Of a stretch of 39,189 bases of DNA, positions 18,901 to 26,800 are shown one piece after another (positions within the stretch are counted from its first letter, which is position 1; the number at the start of each line of letters is the position of its first letter). The translations under genes and the position numbers were made by a program. This DNA is from an uncultured Flavobacteriales bacterium. GTDB lineage: Bacteria > Bacteroidota > Bacteroidia > Flavobacteriales_D > Sanyastnellaceae. The notes beneath the pieces are model-generated. The model made no database searches. It worked only from the letters and a program-made list of their open reading frames with translations, and was not told the DNA's origin. Location: NCBI GenBank assembly GCA_938092195.1, contig CALKHD010000201.1, forward strand, positions 1 to 39,189, read 5' to 3'.

Positions 18901-19863
18901 ATGACCTCGTTCCGCCTCCCCTCCTTCGCCCTCGTGGCGTTCAGCCTCATCACCATTGTGATGGGCACTTCTTGTCTCAACGACGACAATCTCATCCCAC
19001 CCAACTGTTTCGACGGGCTCCTCAACAATGGGGAAGAACTCGTGGACTGCGGCGGCCCCATTTGCGAGCCTTGCGACCCATGCGAAAACGGCGTTTGGGA
19101 CCAAGTTCTCGGGGAACAATGGGTGGACTGCGGAGGTGAGTGTGCGCCTTGTGATGTTGGCTTTAATGGCCAGTTGGATCCAGGAGAGACGGGCATTGAC
19201 TGCGGCGGAGATACAGGCATCGATTGTGGCGAGCTCTGCGGAGACGGCCTGCTCAACGGCAACGAAATTGACGTGGATTGCGGGGGGCCAGATTGCGAGG
19301 CTTGTCCGAGCTGCGAGGACGAACTGCTCAACGGTGAGGAGCTCGGCATTGACTGTGGAGGTCCAGATTGCCCTCCTTGTGCCACCGATGGGGATTGCAC
19401 CAACGGCCTGTTGGATGGCGATGAATTGTACATCGACTGCGGAGGAAGCATTTGCCCGGAGTGTGAAGGGACCATGGACTGGAAGGCCAACGGCACCGAA
19501 CTTGTTGCGGACTTTCAGACCGATTGCAGCCTGGCGGGTACCACCCTCAACCTAGGCGGAATTTCAGTGACCACCGATGGCATCGGCATGACATTGCCAG
19601 AGCCTTCAGTGGGTTGGATTTCTGGCGCACAAATCTCATTGAATGAATCCAGCGCTCCCGGTGGAGTTTGCACCTACAACAGTCCTTCTGGTCAGATGTA
19701 TACGTCGGCTCAACCCGGCGCGAATTTCACGGTGGACATCCTCTACATCCTGCCAGAAGCCGGCGGCATCGTCGTTGGCACCTTCGGCGGCAGTTTGATT
19801 GGAGAAGATGGCACGGGAGGAATCTCCATTGCCCAAGGCTCCTTCTTGCTGCCCATCAACTGA
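18901..19863 (+). CDS. cysteine-repeat lipoprotein (six DCGG-x-x-C-x-x-C repeats plus a C-terminal beta-rich domain)
   Basis: Lipoprotein signal MTSFRLPSFALVAFSLITIVMGTSC. Six tandem units of about 25 aa. The track start at 18877 is a TTG, so I prefer ATG 18901. Confidence 0.7.
   Translation: MTSFRLPSFALVAFSLITIVMGTSCLNDDNLIPPNCFDGLLNNGEELVDCGGPICEPCDPCENGVWDQVLGEQWVDCGGECAPCDVGFNGQLDPGETGIDCGGDTGIDCGELCGDGLLNGNEIDVDCGGPDCEACPSCEDELLNGEELGIDCGGPDCPPCATDGDCTNGLLDGDELYIDCGGSICPECEGTMDWKANGTELVADFQTDCSLAGTTLNLGGISVTTDGIGMTLPEPSVGWISGAQISLNESSAPGGVCTYNSPSGQMYTSAQPGANFTVDILYILPEAGGIVVGTFGGSLIGEDGTGGISIAQGSFLLPIN
19003..19470 (+). repeat. six tandem cysteine-rich coding repeats (about 24-28 aa each)
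   Basis: NCFDGLLNNGEELVDCGGPICEPC / CENGVWDQVLGEQWVDCGGECAPC / GFNGQLDPGETGIDCGGDTGIDCGELC / GDGLLNGNEIDVDCGGPDCEAC / CEDELLNGEELGIDCGGPDCPPC / CTNGLLDGDELYIDCGGSICPEC. Confidence 0.65.
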
Positions 19864-20814
19864 TCACTCATCCAAGAGGTCATATAGCCCGTCCAAACGG
19901 GGGCTAAGCACCACTTCAATTCGGCGATTTCGGTTGCGGTCTTGGGGGTCTCTTGGGTGGTATTGACTGCGGCCTGCCGCGGTCAGCAGTTCAGGATCAA
20001 GCGAACTGTTGCCGGTCATGACCTGCACCACTGCGGTGGCCCGAAGCACGCTCAGTTCCCAATTGTTCTTCGGCGAGGTTGACGCGTTAAAGGCCACATC
20101 ATCGGTGTGCCCTTCCACGACCACTTCAAAGTCGGTCTCTCCCTCAATGGCTTGGGCCAAATCCACCAATGCCTTTTGTCCTTCGGGGTCGATGGAGGTG
20201 CTGCCAGAGGCAAACAACAAGTTCGAAGCGAGCCTCACGTAGACTTTACCGTCGCGCTCCTCCACCTCAAGACCCCTGTTCCTGAATGCAAAAAGTGCAT
20301 CGCTGAGCTTGGAGCGGAGGGCTTCACCAGCGCGTTTTTGGGCATCCAACATTTGGGACAGTTCCCTCACTTTTTCCTCGCGCTCTTTCAGGTCACGCTC
20401 CAAAGCCAACAGGCTGTCTTCCTGGAATTGAAGGTCCGCCCGGATGCGTTGCAATTCTGCAAGCAGGGCCGCCTGTTCTGCGCCAGAAGCCGACCGTTTC
20501 CGTTCCAATTCCTCGCTGATCAATGCGTTGAGGTTTTCGAGGTTTTCGTTGCGGAGCATGCAAGTCCGCAAGGCCCGGCCCTGGCTGTTGGTGTCGGCCT
20601 CTAAGGCTTGGATTCTCCTGTTGTCTTCTGTGAGTTTCCCTTCTTTCTCTGCCAGGCTGAGGGTCAAGGCTTCGACACGCTGGGCGGCCACCGAAAGGCT
20701 TTGGTCCAAGGTGTCTCGGTCATCGCGAACCTCGGCAAATTGGCTCATGGGCACGCAGCTGGCCATGAACAACACAGGAATGGCCACCGCGAGTGGCAAG
20801 AGTCTTGAGAGCAT
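19864..20814 (-). CDS. OmpA-family peptidoglycan-binding lipoprotein with N-terminal coiled coil
   Basis: Lipobox LFMASC, then about 170 aa of heptad-like Leu/Glu/Arg-rich sequence. C-terminal OmpA_C motifs (VEGHTDD, NWELSVLRA, NRRIEVVL). Confidence 0.88.
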   Translation of the reverse strand: MLSRLLPLAVAIPVLFMASCVPMSQFAEVRDDRDTLDQSLSVAAQRVEALTLSLAEKEGKLTEDNRRIQALEADTNSQGRALRTCMLRNENLENLNALISEELERKRSASGAEQAALLAELQRIRADLQFQEDSLLALERDLKEREEKVRELSQMLDAQKRAGEALRSKLSDALFAFRNRGLEVEERDGKVYVRLASNLLFASGSTSIDPEGQKALVDLAQAIEGETDFEVVVEGHTDDVAFNASTSPKNNWELSVLRATAVVQVMTGNSSLDPELLTAAGRSQYHPRDPQDRNRNRRIEVVLSPRLDGLYDLLDE

Positions 20815-20903
20815 GTTGTGAAAGTCGCGACAAGGGGCCCCATTTCAATGCCCCTCTCAAACCGTTGCACAACAGCCGGCTGTGGATTGCTGAAGCAGGA
20901 CGG

Positions 20904-22352
20904 TTAAAGCTGAACACAAATGTTCTGCGGCTCGGTGAAGAAGCGCATGGAGTTGTATCCACCTTCTCGCCCGACCCCGGATTGCCGGGTTCCGCCAAAT
21001 GGCGTTCTCAAATCCCGGACCAACCAGCAATTGAGCCAAACCATTCCAGTGTCGATTCCTGCAGCGAAGCGATGAGCGCGCTGCAAATCTTTGGTCCAGA
21101 CAGAGGCAGACAGGCCGTATTTGGTCGAATTCACCAGGCCCAGGGCTTCTCTTTCATCCTTGAAAGGCTGCAAGGTGGCGACCGGCCCAAAAATCTCTTC
21201 TCGGTTGGTGGTGCAGGTGTGATCCAGACCTTCAATCAGGGTTGGCTGAACGAAGTAACCCCCTTTGAGCCTCGGCTCTGAAGGCTGGTGTCGTCCACCA
21301 CCACATAAAATTCGTCCGCCCTCTCCTCGGGCAATGTTGATGGCGGAGATCACTTTGTCTCGGTGAGCCCTGGAAACGACCGCGCCCATTCTGGTTTCAG
21401 GATTCATGGGGTCGCCAATGCGCATTTTGGAGACCTTGGCCACCATGGCATCACGGAACCGCTCATACAGGTCTTCTTGCACCAGAATGCGCGACCCACA
21501 AAGGCAGATTTGCCCCTGGTTGGAAAAAGCGGCGCGTATGGCCGTGGACACCGCTTGGTCGAAGTCCGCGTCACTGAAAACGACGGTGGCATTCTTGCCC
21601 CCCAATTCCAGGGAGAGCTTCTTGAATTTGGGTCCGGCTGTGGCGGAAATGGCGGCTCCGGTATTGGAACCGCCGGTGAATGAAATGGCGCGAATGTGGT
21701 GGTGCTCCACCATGGCCTGCCCAACTTCGGGACCCAAGCCATGGAGGATGTTGATCACGCCATCTGGGAAGCCCACTTCTTTGGCCCAGGTGCCGAGCAG
21801 GTAAGCGGTCATGGGGGTGATTTCGCTGGGCTTGGCCACAATGCAGTTGCCGCTGGCCAAGGCCGGAGCGATTTTCCAAGTGAAGAGGTAGAGGGGCAGG
21901 TTCCAAGGGCTGATGCACGCGACCACACCCAATGGCTTTCGCAAGGTGTAGTTCACCGTCCCGTCACCCATGGTGTGGCTCTCACTGGAAAACTGTTCTG
22001 CTGCAGAGGCATAAAACCGGAAGTTGTCCTCGGCCCTGGGGATGTCCACGGCAGCGGCCAAAGAAACGGGCTTGCCATTGTCTCGGGCCTCGGATTCGGC
22101 CAGCAAAGCGGCGTTTTCATGAATCTTATCGGCCAAGCGCATCATGACTGCACGCCGGTTGGAAGGGGACCAAGACCGCCATTCTGGGAAGGCGGATCTG
22201 GCCGCTGTGACCGCCGCCTCCACGTCGTTTAAGCCGGATCTGGGAATGCGGCCATAGACCTGGCCGGTAGCGGGTTCGAAGTTGTCGAGCCATTCTCCGC
22301 TGGAAGCGGGAAGGTGTTCGCCTCCGATGAGGTTGAGGACGTCTTGTGCCAT
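20904..22352 (-). CDS. NAD(P)-dependent aldehyde dehydrogenase
   Basis: 482 aa. Catalytic strings ELGGKNA and FSNQGQICLCGSR, plus FTGGSNTG and EEIFGPV. Substrate cannot be called from sequence. Confidence 0.93.
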   Translation of the reverse strand: MAQDVLNLIGGEHLPASSGEWLDNFEPATGQVYGRIPRSGLNDVEAAVTAARSAFPEWRSWSPSNRRAVMMRLADKIHENAALLAESEARDNGKPVSLAAAVDIPRAEDNFRFYASAAEQFSSESHTMGDGTVNYTLRKPLGVVACISPWNLPLYLFTWKIAPALASGNCIVAKPSEITPMTAYLLGTWAKEVGFPDGVINILHGLGPEVGQAMVEHHHIRAISFTGGSNTGAAISATAGPKFKKLSLELGGKNATVVFSDADFDQAVSTAIRAAFSNQGQICLCGSRILVQEDLYERFRDAMVAKVSKMRIGDPMNPETRMGAVVSRAHRDKVISAINIARGEGGRILCGGGRHQPSEPRLKGGYFVQPTLIEGLDHTCTTNREEIFGPVATLQPFKDEREALGLVNSTKYGLSASVWTKDLQRAHRFAAGIDTGMVWLNCWLVRDLRTPFGGTRQSGVGREGGYNSMRFFTEPQNICVQL

Positions 22353-22368
22353 TCAACTTCGAAAATGG

Positions 22369-22408
22369 GGCATAAAAGAAGAAAGACCGGACACTGGGTG
22401 CCGGTCTT
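22369..22408 (-). terminator. intrinsic terminator-like hairpin downstream of tRNA-Gln
   Basis: 8-bp stem AAGACCGG (22383-22390) / CCGGTCTT (22401-22408) with a 10-nt loop. On the minus strand it is followed by TCTTCTTTTATG. It lies 34 nt past the tRNA 3' end. Confidence 0.5.
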
Positions 22409-22441
22409 CATGCGATTGCATTGACTTTCGTCTCTACTTCG

Positions 22442-22515
22442 TGGTTGCCCCACAAGGACTCGAACCTTGACAAACGGTACCAAAAACCGGTGTGCTACCA
22501 TTACACCATGGGGCA
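22442..22515 (-). tRNA. tRNA-Gln (anticodon UUG), CCA encoded
   Basis: Manual fold of the minus strand, TGCCCCA-TG-GTGT-AATGGTA-GCAC-A-CCGGT-TTTTGGT-ACCGT-TTGT-CAAGG-TTCGAGT-CCTTG-TGGGGCA-ACCA. It has a 7-bp acceptor stem with the U1-A72 pair typical of tRNA-Gln, a 4-bp D stem, a GG-containing D loop, a TTCGA T loop and one 27:43 mismatch. Confidence 0.9.
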
Positions 22516-22534
22516 TTCCGCGAAGAATGGACGG

Positions 22535-22575
22535 CAAAATTACAAAAAGCAATCCAACACCACGCAAGCGGAATG
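22535..22575 (-). promoter_or_regulatory. putative Bacteroidota-type promoter for tRNA-Gln
   Basis: The minus strand reads TAATTTTG (22542..22535), an exact TAnnTTTG -7 box 19 nt upstream of the mature tRNA 5' end. A TTG sits 22 nt further upstream as a possible -33 element. Confidence 0.35.
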
Positions 22576-22587
22576 CACAACGGTGAA

Positions 22588-23727
22588 TTAATCGTTGCTG
22601 GAGCCGCTCACTTCTTGGAGCAAAGCCTCTACGGCAGCCTCCAACGCAGTGATCCGGTCGTTCAGGTTGGTGAGGGTGTCTTGAAGGCTGATGCCTCCCG
22701 CAAACTCAAGGTCGCCAGACAGAACAGCATGGCCATCCTCATGGACTTGAAGGGCATCAGAACGCGCATCGAGTGCCGTGCCATTTCCCACAGACAGGAG
22801 GACGCCTGTTTGTGACGCCACATTGTATTTGCCCACCGCAGTTTGGTAGGCCTGATCGGCAACAGTGAAGTAGCCACCTGCACTTGAAGCGTAAGCACTT
22901 GCCGTGGTTTCATAGCCTTCGGCATGGGCGGCAAATCCGGAAGCAACAGAGTAAAAACCTTCGCTGGCTGCAGCGTCCGCAGTGGCCTGGGTGCCTTCTC
23001 CCACGGCGTGGGCACACGTCGCGCTGGCCACCGTATTTCGGTTGGACGCGTGGCTAAAAAATCCAGAAGCTGTGGTGTTGTACCCTTCAGCGTGAGCGGC
23101 GGTGTTGGTGGCTTCGCTCCCGTATCCTTCACTGTGTGCGTAGTTGGACAGGGCCTTGGTGTTGTAGCCCTGAGCGTGAGACGCTGTACCTGTGGCGTCG
23201 GTGAACATGCCTTGAGAATGCGAAGCCGTTCCCGTGGCTTCGGTTCCTTCTCCCATGGCGCTGGCGCACGTTCCAGAAGCATTGGTGTTGCGGTTGGTGG
23301 CATGGCTGTAGTTGCCTGGAGCGTCACTGCCATCGCCCAATGCCGAAGCAAAAGATCCTGTGGCGGTCACATTGCGGCCTTGTGCCATTTGTCCCGTCAC
23401 GCGCAAATCGTCCTCGACCCAGGTCCAAACGAAGGTGTTGACGCCAACAACGGAAGTGGAATCCGAAATGAAGCTCAATCCCAAGGAGTCGCGGGCAGCA
23501 GCCACGGAGCTGGCACTCGTGCCCCCGCTTTCAATGCCCAAGACACCTTCATCTTCCCATGGCTGGCCAAACAGTGTGAGCAGTTCGAGCACGTCTCCCG
23601 TGCCAATGAGGCTGTCTCCATCGGCATTTGGGTTGTATGGCCACTGAGCCTGCGCAGTCCCGGACGCCATCATCAAGGCGAGGGTCAGCAAGAACAGGGG
23701 AAACAAGGAGGGGTCAAAACGCTTCAT
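22588..23727 (-). CDS. secreted protein with YadA-head-like (Hep_Hag-type) 14-residue repeats and a C-terminal coiled coil
   Basis: Signal peptide (LTLALMMASGTAQA). Thirteen in-register 14-aa repeats. A neck-like LLSVGNGTALDARSDALQV string. Terminal heptad segment LTNLNDRITALEAAVEALLQE. No beta-barrel anchor or T9SS tail is visible. Confidence 0.7.
   Translation of the reverse strand: MKRFDPSLFPLFLLTLALMMASGTAQAQWPYNPNADGDSLIGTGDVLELLTLFGQPWEDEGVLGIESGGTSASSVAAARDSLGLSFISDSTSVVGVNTFVWTWVEDDLRVTGQMAQGRNVTATGSFASALGDGSDAPGNYSHATNRNTNASGTCASAMGEGTEATGTASHSQGMFTDATGTASHAQGYNTKALSNYAHSEGYGSEATNTAAHAEGYNTTASGFFSHASNRNTVASATCAHAVGEGTQATADAAASEGFYSVASGFAAHAEGYETTASAYASSAGGYFTVADQAYQTAVGKYNVASQTGVLLSVGNGTALDARSDALQVHEDGHAVLSGDLEFAGGISLQDTLTNLNDRITALEAAVEALLQEVSGSSND
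22834..23379 (-). repeat. 13 x 42-nt (14-aa) in-register coding repeats
   Basis: GRNVTATGSFASAL / GDGSDAPGNYSHAT / NRNTNASGTCASAM / GEGTEATGTASHSQ / GMFTDATGTASHAQ / GYNTKALSNYAHSE / GYGSEATNTAAHAE / GYNTTASGFFSHAS / NRNTVASATCAHAV / GEGTQATADAAASE / GFYSVASGFAAHAE / GYETTASAYASSAG / GYFTVADQAYQTAV. Confidence 0.7.
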
Positions 23728-23803
23728 AACAAGAAAAATAAGACAACGAGAATTTGTTCACTCTTGGCGAGAATTGGGCCATCGATGACAGGGAAAGGGG
23801 GTT

Positions 23804-23840
23804 GGAGAAAAACGCCCCCGACCAATTTGGCGGGGGCGTT
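23804..23840 (-). terminator. intrinsic terminator downstream of the giant CDS
   Basis: Perfect 10-bp GC-rich inverted repeat AACGCCCCCG (23811-23820) / CGGGGGCGTT (23831-23840) with a 10-nt loop. On the minus-strand transcript the stem runs straight into TTTTTCTCC. It lies 22 nt past the stop codon. Confidence 0.6.
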
Positions 23841-23861
23841 TCAATCTCCGTGGAGTGCGAA

Positions 23862-26800
23862 TCACTCCGTCACCATGAATTGCTTCACGATGCTGACATT
23901 GTTGGAACTCATGCGCACCTGGTACACGCCGCTTTCCAATTGGTAAGCTGGAATGTCGAGGGTGTATGCCTGGCTCTTTTCAACGTTGCCGCTGAACAAG
24001 GTCCCGATGTACATGCCCGTGGCGTTGAACAGCTTCACATCCAAGCGCATGGACTTCTGAACATTGAAGCCAATGCGGGCGTGGTCTTGCGTTGGGTTTG
24101 GCGAAATGTGAGACACTTGAATGTCTCCACGAGATTCGGCCTGGGCTGTGGCTTCGTCTACCAGGTTCGCGTCTCCAGCGTTTCCAGAGCCCACAAGGCC
24201 ATTTCCGATTTCGTCGGGGTCACACACGTCTCCCGTGATGTTCACGGTGTATCCAAATTCAGACTGGTTGCCACTGCAATCGGTGGCGGTGTAGTCGTAT
24301 TCGATTTGATATGGCAGGGTGCAATCCAGGTCTCCGAAGAAGTCACCTGACCCCATCACAGAAGCATTTTGGTGTGTGCCTGAGTAGTTGAACCAACCGC
24401 TGTAACCATAGTGGTTGTTCATGTTGTTGGCGCCCAATCCCACCTGGAAACGGTAGAACTGGTTGGCTGGTTGGTGCGTGCAGTTCAAGAAACTGCCGTC
24501 GTAATCGCCCCATCCAGTCAGCGTGCCTTGAGAGAGGAACCAGTAGGTCCAGTTCTCATGATCATCAAACAGGTTTTCACAATCCTGCTTGTAGCTCGTC
24601 GGGAAGTCTTGGTCTGACCAAGCATCAAAGTCGAGTCCGTCGGTCAAGGTGAATGTGACATGCCATCCCGCGTCAGGGTTGGCGTTGTCGACCACTGTCT
24701 CCTCAATCATCCAATCTCCGTTTGGAAGCTGGCTCACAATGCCTTCTCCCACTGTGGAGTAGAACTCACCTCCAGCGAAGTTGAACATGCGCACGGCGTG
24801 GGTCTCGTAGCCATTGCAAGTTTCTTCGCTGCTGAAGGCTTCAGGGGTCACCGAAGTGCAGTACTGATCCACGCTGTCATTGGGTGCATAGGCGCCCAGC
24901 ACTGTGGTGGTCATCTCCAAAGAGACTTCCCCGCCGCAGTTGTCGACCGCAGACACATCGCAAGCGTCTGTGGACGGAAGGAGCACATCTCCCTCGTGGT
25001 CTTCAGCGCAAACCTGCACCGTTCCACCATTTTCAATGCCGCAGACATCCAACCACAGGGGAGCGGTTTCGTCGGATACGGTCACTGTGATGGTTGAGGA
25101 AGAGAGGTTGCCACAGTTGTCGACCGCCTCGAAATGATAGGCCAGGGTGGCGTTGCCACATCCGTCCAGTCCCAAGGTGTCCACAGAGGAAGTCAACTCT
25201 GGGTCAGCATCGCATGCGTCCAAGGCTGAGGCCTCCAACACAGGCACTTCATCTAAACATGAAACGGTGGTGTCTTGAGCAGCACTGCCATTGGCAAATG
25301 CGACACTCAATGCCGGAGCAACCGTGTCAATCACCGTGATGGTCTGCAACCAAGCCGAAGAATTGCCGGAACAATCTGTGGCTGACCACTCACGGGTCAA
25401 GGTGTAGCCATCTTCACAATCTCCGCCTTCGAACGTTTCGCCCACATACGTGTAGGTGAGGGCGGCGTCGCAGTTGTCATCGGCCTGTAGTGACATCACG
25501 CCGTCTGGAGCTGGAACAGCATCGCAGGCTGCAGTGAGATCCATGGGCCCTGCCGTGAAGGTGGGGGCCACTGTGTCCACCACAGTCAGCACTTGGGTGT
25601 GGCTGTTCTGATTGCCAGCGCAGTCCACCAAGTTCCAAACACGGGTGATCACGTAGTCACTGGGGCAGAGGTCGTCGTCTTCCTGGGTCTCCGTGAAGGT
25701 CAAGGACACTTCTGGATCGCAGTTGTCTTCGGCGGTCAAGATGACAGCCAATGGAATGTCATCGCAAGCCACGGTCATGTCCATGGGCAACTCCTCCACA
25801 AATTCAGGGGAAGTGCCGTCCGTCAGGGTGATCAACTGCAGCACCGTTTTCACGTTGCCACACTCATCTTCCGCTGTCCAAGTCCGCGTGACTTCTGCGG
25901 TGCCGGCGCATCCATTGATGTAGTCGATGCTGTCGGTGTAGGCAATTTCGACGTCTGAGTCGCAATTGTCGACGGCTTCGGCGGCACCCAAGCTGCCCAC
26001 CGTGTAATCATTGTCACAAGACATGGTGGTGTCTTGAGGAATGAAGGTGAACACGGGAGCTTCGGTATCGATGAGGTTCACCGACTGAATCAAGGTGTCG
26101 GTGTTGCCACATTGGTCAACGGCCACATAGGTCAAGAGATAGCTGCCAGCGCAAGACCCACTGAACTCAGCCTCTGAAAGAAGCTCCAATTCAATGCTGG
26201 TGTCGCAGTTGTCCGTGACCTCGGCATACAAGGTGTCCATGCCCCATTCTGTGCAGGGGATGTCCAAGGTCAATTCGCCGTCAATCACAGGAGCTGTGGT
26301 GTCCACCACGGCAATGACCTGAACATGAGACAGAGAGTTTCCAGCACAATCCATGGTGCTCCATGTGCGGGTGATGGTCTGACCCTGAGCACAGTCTCCA
26401 TCCATGACGCCTTCATTGAAGGTGATCTCCAATTCCAGGTCGCAATTGTCGGAAGCTTCCATGCTGACTGGGGCTGGAACCGCGTCACAGGACACCGTGG
26501 TGTCGGCGGGCAATTCTGAGGTCCATTCTGGAGCTGTTTCGTCCACCACGGTCAATGTTTGCTCGTGCTGAACATCATTGCCACAGGCGTCAGTCGCTGT
26601 CCATGTGCGGGTCAGAACATAATTGCTGGCGCAATCGTCATCATCGCTGAGCGTCTCAGAGAAGCTTACCATGGGCGCGTCGTCACACGCATCGGTTGCG
26701 GTGAGGACGGCGGCCTCAGGGACATCGTCACAGGCGACCGTCGCGCTTTCTGGCAAGGCCTCCACAAAGGATGGGGCCGTGACGTCGGACGCACCAACGG

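Noticed and set aside
18801-19496. N-terminal extension of about 230 aa on the RecJ ORF (Ser/Pro/Gln-rich, MPLAFQSMVPSHSGQ...).
   Set aside because: It is the reverse-strand reading of the Cys-repeat lipoprotein gene. RecJ homology begins only at MTRQPHV (ATG 18800), and the extension is low-complexity.
20873-20886. 12-bp perfect palindrome ACAGCCGGCTGT, and a nearby AGGGGC/GCCCCT hairpin (about 20833-20858), between the OmpA-family gene start and the dehydrogenase stop.
   Set aside because: The palindrome has no loop and the hairpin has no T-tract in the minus-strand direction. Either could be a weak terminator or protein-binding site, but sequence alone does not support a call.
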